Positions 11,351-24,942 of a DNA stretch of 64,000 nucleotides are shown here, one piece after another (positions within the stretch are counted from its first letter, which is position 1; every line of letters begins with the position of its first letter). Under the pieces are notes generated by a model. That model was not told the origin of the DNA and searched no databases. It saw only the letters and a list, made by a program, of their open reading frames with translations. This DNA is from Selaginella moellendorffii (Eukaryota > Plantae > Lycopodiophyta), in assembly GCF_000143415.4 (NCBI RefSeq), contig NW_003314406.1:10765-74764 (forward strand). Direction: 5' to 3'. The translations under genes were made by a program, and so were the position numbers.

Positions 11351-14300
11351 GGAATGACAGGTTCATGGAAAATTTTGACCCTAATAGATCTAACTACAAT
11401 GCAGACTACCTTCCACAGATTTTATTGTGAGAATGAAGTGGTCAGTTATATGGATCTCCAAAAAGTTTTAATGCCACATTAAACTCTCAAGGGCATTCAT
11501 GTATAAGCTAAACACAATGGACATCCTTATTTAATGCAAATAGTGCATTCAATCTATTTAACTCCTTGATAGTCTGCAAGAATAATGACATATATTTATT
11601 CAATGACTACTAATGGTGTGTTAATTTGTTGTAGCTATTGAAATAATTTATTATGGGAAACTGTGTTGACTAAGTTTTATATATCAAGACAATCCCCTAT
11701 ACCATATTTTTGAATTGTCCATGAAGTTGTGAGTTTCATTGCTACAGTTATCATGTGTCATTCTGTTTTTTTACATGCTATTAGAAAAGGGAGGGATTCC
11801 TTTGACTTCAAAAAGTGCTAGCAACTATGTTAAGTTGGTACTTGAACGTATATAAAACACCTATTGTTATAGGATAAAATGTGATGAGCACATAGTGCAT
11901 TAGGAAGTCATTATTTGTTACTGAATATTTGTTTCATTCCTCTCTAAGAAGGAACACTTGTCCCATCAACTACACCCTTTTACTCTTTATAGTTGCAAAT
12001 CTAAAAGAATGCCCTCTTATGCCAATGATTCCTTCTTCCAATTAATACATCATTTTAGCAACACACTTGTGAGATATGTTTACCCTCTATCATAGGTTCA
12101 CTTTAGTAAAAAAGAATACCTTTCCAAAGTAGTTTATCAAACTATTAAGCTTAATTCGAGAAAGTAAAGCCAAATTGAAAAACTGTTACCAAGAATATAT
12201 ATTTTGAAATAGGGGCTAGATTAAAGTAAAGTAAGGGAACTTCATATGAGAAAAATATCCTTGAGAAAAGAAAAAAAAACTGTAAGTATTTGAGTTTTGA
12301 TTTCTTATTTACCCATCCCTCAAGTTAGTGACATGACTTCCTAGATGCCGAAAGTTAGATATCTTCTTGAAAACCCTATCATGCAAATATGTTAGCCAAG
12401 TAAATTATATGGGACTTTCTTCTGGATTTCTTTTGTTTCCAAGGTCAAACAGTAGGAACATCAAGAATACACCTCAAGAATGAGACTTCTTCAAAAGAGC
12501 ATATAATTTTTACTACAACTTACTAATGATCCATCCAAGCTAATAATTTGAAATATATGTTATTCATTTTTATTCATATTTTGGGTTTGTGTTTTATATA
12601 TGTTATTTTATTAAAACTGACTAATTTATTTTCATGAAACATTAAAACCATAATTACATCTATCCATAAATTAAATTATATTAATCATGTAGCTTAATTT
12701 ATAGTTGTAATCCATAATATAAAATTGTAAGTTTAAAGCTGATTAATTTAACTTTTAAATCGCTTGTAAAATTTCCATTAGAAATATTAAATCAAGCTAA
12801 ATAATATTATGCAGAAGATAATAAAATATTGTTTTTTATTCTTTGGATTTACTCTCACTGAAAATTCACCTAAAATCATAATTATTTTCTATTTTTTAAA
12901 TATTTATTTTCAGATATAACTATTTGATTTTGGTTTGATTTGTTTATTGATTTAGTATATATAAAAATTGTTTAATGTAATCTTAAATATCTCTTCTTTC
13001 TTTACAAATCCACAATAATAGTAGAATATGTTCTTATGAATATTTTTAATTTAATAAATTTTTATCAAACTCATTAGTGTAATGTTTTAATTTATAATTT
13101 TATGTTATTCTTTCAGCTAATAACTATTATTTTTTTATTTTAAATCTTCATATAACTGGGATATAATCAAGAAATGGATTTGATCTTTCAGTATGTATGA
13201 GATAGCTTATACCATATTAGATACCATGTTATTAATGAGACATGAATGCATAATTTTATTATAAAGCATTAGTACAGGTTTGTCTTAAAACTTTACATCA
13301 GCTTTATTTTTTGTTTCAATTTTTTATTATATCAATCCATACCTAAGCATAAGGAAAATATCGTGTTAGTTCAAATGGTAAATTAAGTATTTTATAAAAA
13401 AAGTTAATGGTTTCGAAATAGAGTAAAATTATATGTCACATTTGTGAGAAAAATACAACTCAGTCAGTAAAGATAGAAAATCTATTTTATTAAATATTTA
13501 TATTAGATATTTTATAAAAAATATTAATACATGTGTAAAACTTTTCTAACCAGAATATAAGTTACTAATAGATCAAGAGTATGTAATACATTTTGTAAGT
13601 TATAATATATAAGATAACTACTACAAAAATTAAATGATGAAGAGAAAAAATATTTGAGAAAGAAAAACTTAGAATAAGAAGAAAGAAATTTAATAGAAAT
13701 AAAATTTTCAATATTAAAAAGACTGGTGTATATGAAATTCTCATGAAAAGTGATTTAGGTTAAAAATTAGTAGAGAAACTCTAAAATTAAATATCTAGAT
13801 TGTAACCCTTAAAGTTGAAAATTATGAACTACAGTTCATTAGGATTATATTTAGGTAATATCATGCTAGAAGTTATAATTTTGAAATTTCTAAGGAACTT
13901 TGAAAATTTGAAAAAAATTCTGCAAGATTGTCTCTTACTGAAGGATTTTAAATTATATATAGCTAAAAATCTCAAAAAGTATAATTTAAATATAAAATTA
14001 CTATTAGATTATTCAAAACTGCTTACTATTCAGCAATTATCTAAAGAAGAACATTATTATAAAGAAACTTAGATTATAAGAAATATTAATAATTTTATTA
14101 TAAACTAACATCTAGCACATTCATATATATTCTGACCTTGTAAGCATTGGTTTGTAGTCAAGCAAAGCCACAAAGGCAACAACAGGCAGCTTCTATTTAA
14201 CTATTTATTAGAGCAAGAAAATATCATGCTACACCTTACAGTTTCTCATTCCATAGACATTCCTCAGATGCTATTCGTAGAATTCCAGAAGTTTTAACTT

Positions 14301-14399
14301 GACTACCATAAAACATGAAAGAAGCAGCAAAAAAGTACCATTCATGTTTTAAAAGTTTTTTTCTGTTATTGAAAGATATCCAGAGGAGGTTAACACTTT

Positions 14400-15610
14400 A
14401 GAGCCTTACAAGCACCTCATAACTTTCCCTTAAAGAGATGATGTGCAATTCTATGGTTCTTTAAGAATACCTGCCAGTTTGTATCTGTCTTGAACATGTC
14501 TTGGTTAGGTCCATTGGAGCAAAGGGTAAACATAAATGCAAAGTTTAGCATTTCCTTCCAAATACAGAAGTGACAGGGATGATGACAGGGTTCTTTAGGA
14601 AACCATCAGCCATCGAGTTGTGACCAGCGTTTATGTACATGTTGAGNNNNNNNNNNNNNNNNNNNNNNNNNNNNNNNNNNNNNNNNNNNNNNNNNNNNNN
14701 NNNNNNNNNNNNNNNNNNNNNNNNNNNNNNNNNNNNNNNNNNNNNNCATCCATGAGCAACAAAAGAATGCTTGTTTCCTGTGTCTTTCTAGAAGCTCTTT
14801 GCTGGTTGATCAGGTCCTGGATAAGCTTGATGACCTTTCACCTGGCCTGAGAATGGGAAAACATCACAAAACTATGTAAGACAATGCATATGGCTTTTAC
14901 CTTCAAGGCTTTGTTGTAGGCAGTGTTGGGGAAGTTGATGGGGAAAGCCTGAATGCCTTGGTTGACAATGTAGTACAAGGAGAAAATCTCATCCACATCG
15001 AGACTGGAGTCTTTCCTATATAAAATGTAGAGGACAGTTAGAGTACGTGAACTGTCATATCAGAAAAAACCAGTATCAAAGAGAAAATAAGACAGAGAGG
15101 AAGTAAACATCACTTACCCTTCTCATCTCGGTAAGAAGAACAATCTTATGCTCCGTAGGCCACCTTGCAAGGCATGCTGTTGTAGGGGCACATACTGCTT
15201 AAGAGCTTTGGGATTGTTCACAGTGACTCAGTAAGCTTCTGGAGCTTCAAGTAGCTCTCTTCAGTTAATCTCGCAAACAGATTTCGTCCAATGAGCACAA
15301 CAGCGCTCTTTGGCCATCCTGTCTCAAAGCTGTCTTTGGAGAGCACGAATTTGCATGCCTCTGGTGTGGCAACCAGGACGGTGGGCTGCTAGAACAGAAA
15401 TGCCTTGTAAAACCCACTCGATTATACCTGAAACCAAGAAGTGACCCATGAAAGAGTATGGTAATCCAGACTTGAAGGCTCTGAGAAAAGCAGCCATGTT
15501 GATAAAGACAGGCCATCCAAGTGGACCCGGTGGAAGTGGAGGCTGTCCCGGCTTTAGCACCGGCTCATAGTACCACTTGTGTAAAAATCTCGAGAATGTC
15601 GGCAAAGCAG
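14400..15610 (-). pseudogene. Cytochrome P450 CYP88A (ent-kaurenoic acid oxidase-like) N-terminal half
   Basis: WYYEPVLKPGQPPLPPGPLGWPVFINMAAFLRAFKSG.P.SF...RYNRVG and INFPNTAYNKALK. It is frameshifted and lacks the heme-binding end. Confidence 0.8.
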
Positions 15611-17840
15611 TCACTGCCATGTTGCTTTCCAGTGATAGAGGAGGAAGAACCCCATAATGGTACAGCGTTGGCACTCAACTATGGCGTCTGATTAATTGAG
15701 CAGCCAGTCACGTTCATATTAGTGGCTCCAGTGACGATAACTCGAGAGCACCACTGCTGTATTGGCAGTGCATTCCTCGTTGGGAAATTTCAAGCAAATA
15801 CTGGATATTTTGATCGGCTCCAAAACTGTAAACACAAAATTTCAAGATTGTATCCCCACTGCAAGAATATGGCAACCATAAATTCTCTGCCTTTCATTAT
15901 TAGAGCTCAACACTGAATCTCAGTAGTTTCCAATCAAAAGAACCAAAATAAATAAATCCCAGCCTTTCTGCCACTCCTGGGAATAAGAAGGGAGACCTGC
16001 AATAGGAAAACCAGGCTGTAAAACACACAAGCACCTCCAAAAGCTCATTCATTGGAAATAAGAACAACTACTTTTTCTAGAATTCGACATATTCTACTTT
16101 ACCATAAATTACCTGGACACAGTGTCATGAGTTTAAGGTTGATTAAACCTGCAATCCTTACTATTATGTGCTGAGATTACTTCATTTTCACATTTTTACA
16201 TCTTCATTTTCCGATCCATCTTTTCTCCTACAGAAACATCAAACATCAGTAAGTGATCCACATCAATGAGAAAGAAAAGTGCCACAAAGATATCAGAGTC
16301 AATAACAATAAAAAAGAATAGTTGTATTGATTGTGAGCCATTAGCTTGAATGCCACAGCAGTTTGTAAAAATAATCACAAGACTGGATGTGTACTCATTT
16401 GATCGAGAAAAACATGACTTGTCATCTTTCTCTCTGAAACATACACAAATTGAGCAAATGAAAGGAGTTGAGAATGTAAAGGCACACATACCTGGTGAGC
16501 TCGATGACACAGCAAAAGTGTCCATGCCAACATCAATCCTAGAGGCCCCACCTCGATCAGGCTGCTTGCATTATAGAATTGCTGCTGGATCATCGCTGCC
16601 ATCTTCACTCGGACTGGGACTCAGCTCAAAAGTAACAATGTTTGTCGAGATAAATGCTACTTTCTTCATGAATGACAAATATCATTGGTGTTATTCAGAC
16701 TGAGAAGGACCGTCTCCATTATAAAGCCACACTAATAAAAAAGAGCATAAGTGAAAGCAATGGAAAACATGAGAGCAACACCAAGAGGAAGCAAGAACGA
16801 ATGTTGGAGTTCTGTACTTGTGTTTGCAAGTGAATCCAAGCGTTCCCTTGCTGGCCTGGCATACTCACAAGAGGAGGACAACAAAAGGCCTCGTCCAGTA
16901 GTTTTATCATTGGCGCCGCCAAGGTTTCACTGCCACCAAGGCCAGCAAGCCCAATTTCCATCCAGCTCTCGCCTAAAGAGATTGCAGGATTTTGCAACTT
17001 CTACCACATTCTGTTCATCATTTGGTTTTACTGTTACTTTGAAAGATTGAATCAGCAACTCACCACAGCTGAGAACAGTTTGAACCAGCTACGTTCTGGC
17101 ACATAAGAAAATTGGTATGCTATTCAGATGGAATCACGTCAAGGATTGAGCAACTGAAACTAAGCTTTTCACCAAGGCAAGAACAAATAAAAAATGAAAT
17201 AAAATTACCAGTCCTTCCCCCTGGGTCAAGCAGATAAATTCTAATTGCTGACCCACTGCATTGGCCAGTGCCGGGTGCTTCCTGGCCTGAGTCGCATAAC
17301 ACAAGATCAAATCACCCGAAAGAACACAAAACCTGAGGAGTTACCTGCTAATTTCCAGAGCTTTCTCATGGAACCCAAGGAGAGCCTCTTCCCGCAATAG
17401 TCCACTTTCTTTTTTTATTGAAACAACCAAGGAAACAAACAGCCTGTCAAACACACTTGAGGAGAGTTACTTACCTCCTAAACCTGATCAGCTGCTGATG
17501 GTGAACGTATCACCTGGCTCTTTTCAATCTTGGCATATGCAACTCACTGTCCTTGGCAAATAAAAAGGTTCTGCAGGATGCTCGTCAGTGCTCTGGTATG
17601 GAGCGCTGAGCTTGTTGACCACATGCAAACCAGCCAGTTCTCGCCTCTCTAGGATGTTCCTTTTGACAGAAGAATAGTACGCAATGGCCAGCTCAATCCA
17701 GGGCATTGGAATTTGAAGACATCGCAGCCAATTCTTGCATCTACAAGAACAAACAATGGAGGCTGAAGTGGAATCCAGAAAAGCTTACCTTCCATATACC
17801 AACTTATAGCATGGAAGGAGAGTCCCGCAGCCAAGTTGTG

Positions 17841-17877
<37 letters not shown>

Positions 17878-20240
17878 TTGCAGCTCACAATCTGCCCTAA
17901 AACTTTCCTTGATTTGGAACGTCATTAAAATCACATTGAAGCGTTGCCACCCCTTTGGCACTTGATCTATGCCGTCTATTTGAAGTTTTTGAATTTGAAC
18001 CGTTAGATTATAAGCATATTCATAAATAATATTCTAAAAATGGAATAAAAGACGCCGGATGCCATATGCCAATAGCACGTTTAAATAAGGGAGTACTAGC
18101 AGAGACCCCAGCTCCGCTGGGAGATATAACATACCCAAGATAAATAATTCTTCTTTTCTAATTTTACAATATTAGAAAATTTTATTATATATAAAGTTAA
18201 ATTTATCTTAAATTTTCTAGTATTCATATCCAGAGAAATGTACAATAATATAAATAGATAATCATGTGTGTTGGGGAAGTAAGATCATTTTTTATCATCT
18301 TTAAATTTGAATTTGATGTTTTTGATTGCCTTTATAAAAAGGTGCACAACCCTAAACACATATACAGATTTCTGCCATGCTTTAAAAGCAATTCAACAAT
18401 ATGTTCTATAAAGGTTTCATTTTATAAAACAATGAGTATGCTGAAATATTTGTTAGGAGATATAGCATACCCAAGATAAATAGATCTTCTTTTCTAATTT
18501 TACAATGTTAGAAATTTTGATTGTATACAAAGTTTAATTTATCTTAATTTTTCTACTATTCATCTCCAGAGAAATGGAAAATAATGCAATTAGATAATAA
18601 TGCAAATGTTGGGGAAGATAAGATCATATTTTAATCATCACTAAATTTGAATTTGAATTCTTTTAATGCCTTTATAAAAAGGTACACAAACCTAAACACA
18701 TCTACAAGATTGCTGGCATGATTTAAAAGCAATTCAGTTTTCATAAAACCAAAGAAATATATACTACCAAAACATAATAGGTCAATTTTCGGAAATTATA
18801 ATTTTGATTGCATATTCAGATAATGTGTTTTTATTTGAACTGTAATAATACCTTTAACATTAATTCTATCTTAACTGTAATGATGCCTCTAACTAAGTAA
18901 AGAATGTTGTAGAACACTTTACTCTTGTAGACTAAATATGATTTATATAATTAATTACACTTATAAAAATCTTCGAAAACTAATGAAATGTTTTTAGTTT
19001 TCTTAAAAAATATACATGTTTTGGATATTAATCTTATCAACAATTTCTTTGAATAGAAAAATAAATTAGTTTCTAATATATTTACTAATTTATATTTTAC
19101 AACAATAACACTCTTTTATTTTATTACTTGCTCCAAATACTCCACTATCTGGTTTTTAGTTAAAAAAATCTTTACTCTAAATATTAATTGTATTATTAAT
19201 ATTCAAATCCACTTTTCAGTATTTTTAATATATTTTTCATCTTGTAAAATCCATCTCTGACACTTAAATTCTATTGCCACTATTTACATCCCTTGGAGTT
19301 GAAACGAAAAATTCTAAATAACATATTTTGTTCAAGAGTTCCAAATACAAACTTCTAGGAGTATCATTTAATTTCTTTTGAGAAAATATTTTTATGCATA
19401 TATTTGAAGAAGTTTGAATATGTTGATATTATAAGTGGATTTAGCATATATAACAAAAGCATGTAATTCTTTTTATAGATCTTGAAGTGAGATATAAGAT
19501 TAAAATAAATAATTAGATTATAATAGTCTGAAAATAAATATAGAAAGATTCATGATGAAAAAGTTTGAAGGATTTCCTTTATATTGGGTTTAGTATTCTT
19601 ATGTTTTGTAAAGAAGCCGTTATTGATTTTTTCTGGGATGGAATTGTTGTTAATGAAAGCATATCACTATTGATTACAATTAGTTACACAACACTACCAG
19701 TAAATCAATCTAGTAGGAAATGTTAGCAATTAACATAGAAAATAAGATTATTATATTCATAATAAGATTTAAAATTTGTTAAATAATTTTTTTAAAGAAT
19801 ATTTTAGCCACTTTACATCATCATTCTTTTGTATTATAAATTAGATTTTTCAAACCTAGATTATATTGTACATAAAACTAAAAATTATATAATTAGATCT
19901 AACATACAACTATAGACATGAATAACTAAAATATTTTTGTTATTGCAAGAACCACTGCTTCCTTCTAACTATAAGAAATTTTTGGTTTTATTAAATACTA
20001 TAGAGTACCATTATCTACATTAAAACTTTTTTAAAATAAAATTATTTAAAAAGAAACATATTTTCAGCTGGGATTTATATCAGTTGTAAGATGGATGTTG
20101 TAGAAAATGCTAATCTTGAAGACTAAAATTGTTTTAGAAAATTATTCATACTTATAAAGATACTAAAATATAATGATATTTTATTATATCTTCCTTCGGA
20201 TGGAGCTTTGCTTTCTTCAACTTCTTTTATCCCTGTTACA

Positions 20241-21145
20241 GGTGGTTATGGAGCTGGGAGGCAATGCTTCATGCTTAGTGGAAGATCTCGTTCCAGACTT
20301 GGAAGGTACAATCGCTAGGTTGGTCCATGAGGGATTCTATCAGAGCGGCCAGTTGTGCATTCACATGCAGCGTCTTTAGGTGAAAGGTGAGGTATCCGAC
20401 ACTCGTCTTTAAATTCTATCATATTCTTTGTTCTCAAATAGAGCTTTGATCTAACGTATTTGGTGCTGGTTGTGTAGGTGAATGATGCATTGATCGCTGC
20501 CGTTAAGAAACTCAAGGGTGGAGAAGACAACACGTCAGTCGTCAGCAGCTACAGTGGAGAAGAGCGTGAACGAGGCAGTGAAGGCAGGCACCAAACTTTT
20601 AGTTGGTGGTAAGCGAACAGGAGCTTTCATGGAGCCAATGATCCTGGAAGACGCTCCCTTTGACACGGACACAAGGAAGGAAGAGATTTTCAGTCCCGTG
20701 ATCCTTCTCTACTCATACAAGTCAGCTCTCAAAGTTTCTTAGCTCCCGAAGTTCTTCTTTACTTCCTTTTCTTTTCTCTAAACTTAAACGGTGGTGACGC
20801 AGTGATTTCAAGGAAGCCGTGATGGAAGCTAACAGCACACATTACGGTCTCCAAGCCGGCGTCTTTATGTGTGATCTAAACAAGGCCTTCTATGCGTTTG
20901 AGCATATAGAGGTAGCTTTGCATTTGAGATATAGAGTATTGATCGACTGTTTGATAATTATTTGATCCTCACAGGCTGGAGGAGTTTGCCTCAACGATTT
21001 GCCAAGCATGTGCGTTGATAGCCAGCCATACGGTGGGATCAAAGACTCTGGAATCCAACGAGAGGATGTCAAGTACGCGAGGGACGACATGCTCGAAACC
21101 AAAGTTTTAGTCATGTGCAATGTAGGCAACACATCTTACTTTTGA
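20241..21145 (+). pseudogene. Aldehyde dehydrogenase C-terminal half (ALDH21-like)
   Basis: VVMELGGNA, GFYQSGQLCIHMQRL, EEIFSPV, ANSTHYGLQAGVF and QPYGGIKDSGIQRE, with short introns. The 5' half is absent and stops are present. Confidence 0.85.
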
Positions 21146-21269
21146 TCAAGCTCGAGCTCGAGCTTTTGAGAAGAGTAAATACAGTCTATCCACAAATCAT
21201 TGCTGGGTTGTCCTGGTTTGCTCGCTCGCTCTCCAGCACCATCAACCTTTTACCTTTAGGATGGAGAAT

Positions 21270-22145
21270 GCTTGTCTATAAACTCCTATAGCTTGTGAGC
21301 GAGCTCGGGATCTCTGCCATAAGCACTACAGTTGGATTTGTTGGAATCCACGAAGTATTGCCCAGTGACTTCCTCGAGGCTTGGATGTAAAGCCGTGTAG
21401 CACATCATAGCAGCGCCCTGAGAGATCGATCACATATTAGTCACGAAAAACTTCCAGATTATTGGGAGAATTCTTCTTACCTGTGGCACATTTTTCCAAA
21501 GGAAGCTGGAGAAGAACTTGAGAACCCCTGCATGAAGATCAAAGTTCCATAAGTAACCAAAAAAAAACTCATTATGTAGAGTGTGTACGGCATCAAAGTA
21601 GATATAGTTTAAGATTTGTGTGATATCATAAAGTTATAATACTGTTTTTAAGAGTAATCTTTTGTGCATTGATACATGAAAATATAAAAATAAATACAAT
21701 GGTGTAAAGGTAAAAATATGATTGAGACAACATTATACACAATACAAAAGGCTACCATCTTAAAAAATGTGATTCATCATCACCTAAGCTTTTATTATTA
21801 TTAAATCAATCTATGGACCATAGTTGAATTTTCTGATATATTATTTTCTTAGGAAAAAAAGATTATGTATCATCAACATCCTAATATCAGAGTAAAACCT
21901 TACCTCCTTTCATTGAGGCAAACAAACGAGGCAAAGAGACAAACTCATTATGTAGAGTGTGTACCGCATCAAAGGTGTCATTATGAACCCTGGATGAACA
22001 GCGTTGGCTGTGATGTCAACTCCTTCGGCCTAATCAGCGAAAGAGAAAGCATTGACAAATACCTTGAATCTCATTGCCAGTTCTTTGGCATGGAAGATGT
22101 TTGCGAGCTTGGATTGACTGTATGCTCTAGTGTCGGAGTACCTTT
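21270..22145 (-). pseudogene. Short-chain dehydrogenase (TIC32/RDH-like) C-terminal fragment
   Basis: AYSQSKLANIFHAKELA (YxxSK motif), ITANAVHPGFIMT, KNVPQGAA..CY.ALHP. Confidence 0.85.
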
Positions 22146-22199
22146 TGGAAGAAAAAAGGAAGAATGTAAGCTCACGAGAAAAGAGAGCTGTTTGGTGTA

Positions 22200-22365
22200 C
22201 TAATGACGAGATTCCCAGGTGCCTTGACAGTTTCACCACCTGCTTGAGCAGACATTGACAAGCTGTCCTTTCCACCTTCTATTGCGACCTCAAGCTCGAT
22301 CATAGTGTCGCGAAGAGCAACAGCAGCATTGTACATATGTGCTCCTTTGGAATCAAGCTCAACCT
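22200..22365 (-). pseudogene. Phosphoribosylformylglycinamidine synthase (PurL/PUR4) single-exon fragment
   Basis: LDSKGAHMYNAAVALRDTMIELEVAIEGGKDSLSMSAQAGGETVKAPGNLVIS contains the GGKDSLSM signature. Confidence 0.85.
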
Positions 22366-23283
22366 GCAAAGTTAAACATATCATAAGGTGAAATATCCTT
22401 GACAAAAAAAAAGTTCTGGCTGAGCTGCAGGATGCTCATCAATGCACTGGTATCAATTTATATTCCAGCAGAGTTGGGGTCTCTACTATAGTAGTACTGC
22501 ACAATAGGAATAAAGCAATTAGGTAGAGAACAAAAATAAGTGCCCATTCCATAGCCAGAAAAAAAGCTATTTTGATTCACTAAGATCAAGATACAGTTCA
22601 GTATAGTATTTTTTTCTTTTATAATTACAGAATTTTTGAAAGTCTTACAGATTTGAAAAATCATGGCCTCTGTTGTGGCAAGAAACTGTGCTGTTGGGAT
22701 CCAAGGCAGTCCTCCTACAAACACCAGATAAAGTAATAATAGCACAAATAATAAATATTCACCTATAGCCAGCAACGAAGTAATGGACGACAATGAAGAT
22801 TTGAAGCTTGGCAAGCTCGTCGGACCCATATCTCGTTGCCCATTAGCATTGACCATTGAGCGTCATATACCAAAAGAAGAAAAAGAAGGGCAAGAACATC
22901 GTGAAGAAGAAGAAAAAGCAAAAATCTTAAGAAACAGAACAAAGTGAAAGCTTGGAAATGGAATAGAAAATGCGGCCTACAGACATATATTCTTTCAGAA
23001 CCTTTCTTTAGTTGGCTGAATTTTCCTATTTCTTGTGCAGAGGTTGAACTTTGTCAAACTATGAGCGCTAGCTTCCCTGGATTTGGACGATGTCAAAGGA
23101 TTTCTTAAGCATGGAAACACTCATCAGAGGCAGCAGACACGGTTTATGACGACTTAACTTGGACTATAAGAGCCTTGTATCAGTGGCCCACTTCATCACG
23201 GAACTACGCTCATCTTCAGATCATCGATCACTGCCAAGAAAATTCAAGGAGGAAGAAGACATGCCAAGCTGCAATACCTGAGG

Positions 23284-23622
23284 ATGGGAAGTTGGAGAGG
23301 GAACATTTTGGTTTTGCTTCTGCTGTCTCTGAGCTTGGGTGTTTTGGCTCATGATGAGAGTGGAGGATACAAGAATGGCTACCACAGTTACTCGAGATCC
23401 TGTCCTCAAGCCGAGAGAATCATCAGGGACACTCTGAGCAAGCACACCGATTGGAACAGGACGATACCAGCAGGAGTTCTACGCTTGCACTTCCACGACT
23501 GTTTCATCGACAGGAGTAGCTTTGCAGGATTTAAATTCTGGTCTTCTAACTTTGCTGTTCTTCAGGACTGTGATGGATCGGTTCTTCTCGACCCAACTCC
23601 CACCGATGGAAGTAAAGTGTAA
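23284..23622 (+). pseudogene. Class III peroxidase 5' fragment
   Basis: Signal peptide, YSRSCPQAE, AGVLRLHFHDCF and CDGSVLLD; truncated after the start of exon 2. Confidence 0.9.
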
Positions 23623-24942
23623 AAATTGTCCCTTCCAAGCCTCATGTCCGCCAAGACCTTCATTTTTGTCCTGGTGTTGTCTCCTACGCTGACACTCGTG
23701 CCATAGCTGCCAGAGATTCAACCGTCATGGTAAGTTTAGCATCTTTTTAGAAATACTGGATCAAGTTCTAAGATGGAGAGGAAAGTATTACCAAGTCCCA
23801 ACTGGATGCTACCACGAAAGAGTTTCCATCCAGGAATGCAGCAACACCTTACAATCTCTGTTTGGGGATGCATCATCTCTCATTAAAAACACTGGATATT
23901 TCAATTGGCTCCAAAACTGTAAAACAGTTGTAAATCACAAAATTTGCGAACCAGCCAGTTCTTGCCTCTATAGGATGATCCTTTTAACAGCAGAATAGTC
24001 GCAATGGCCAGCTCAATCCAGGGCACTGGAATTTGAAGACATTGCAGCCAATTCTTGGAGATCTTCCCCATCTACAAGAACAAACAATGGAGGCTGAAGT
24101 GGAATCCAGTAAAGTTTACCTTCCATGTACCAACTTATAGCATGGCAGGAGAGTCCCGCAGCCAAGTCGTGGTGTAGGCGTACTTCATCATGAGATTGAG
24201 TAGTGGGCGCACCTGCTCTTCATTCGACACAAACACATCCAGCCGAAACCAGAGTCACTCGTGGGACTCGATGTCTGTGACACAGGAACGCCACCTGTTT
24301 ACTCCTCCCATTTTCTCCTTGGCCTCGTTCTGGATGAAGGCCTGGTCCTCTGAGGATGGCAGCATCCATGCTCTTTTTGCAGCGATGCTCCTCTCGCCCC
24401 ATGTTTGCCCCAATCTGCCTGATCGCCCTATGAGAATTTTAGTTGCTGGCAAAAGCTCAGCAGCAAATCCACCTGCGAGCTCTGATCAGAGAAATCAAAC
24501 AAGCAAGAACAACAGGAAAAAAATTCTTTTTTTTTTCTAAACGACAATGAATAGAACACTCACTTGGGACTGGTGCTCGTAAGGATTGGGAAGACCATCT
24601 TTGTCACGGCCACTTTTTTTGCACGGCCGGCTCGTCAGTCCCCAGCTAGTCCGATCAAACGCAGCAAATAGAAAATTTCAGCACACAGAGAGAGAGAGCT
24701 CACAATCTGCCCAATTGCCCTAAATTTTTTCTCTTGATTTGGATCGTCATTAAAAAATTGAAGAGTTGCCACCCCTTTGGCACTTGATCTATGCCATCTA
24801 TTTGAAGTTTTTGAATTTGAACCGTTAGATTATAAGTATATTCAGAAATAATATTCTAAAAATGGAATAAAAGACGCCGGATGCCATATGCCAATAGCAC
24901 GTTTAAATAAGGGAGTATGATGCATGTGTTGGAGAAGATAAG

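Larger units (their letters stand above)
9790..18095 (-). mobile_element. Helitron-like unit H3
   Basis: CTAG at 9790-9793 plus the CCCAGCTCCGCTGGG hairpin; 5' end TACTCCCTTATTTAAA at 18095. It contains a gap at 14647-14746. Confidence 0.75.
18096..24920 (-). mobile_element. Helitron-like unit H4
   Basis: CTAG at 18096-18099 plus hairpin. A canonical 5' end A|TCATACTCCCTTATTTAAA lies at 24920. Confidence 0.85.

Noticed and set aside
15950-17840. Multi-exon fragments on the minus strand, partly repeated at 23890-24170
   Set aside because: Probably captured exons, but I could not support a family assignment.
14400-23622. Biosynthetic gene cluster (CYP88A, ALDH, SDR, peroxidase)
   Set aside because: All are truncated, frameshifted fragments inside Helitron units.
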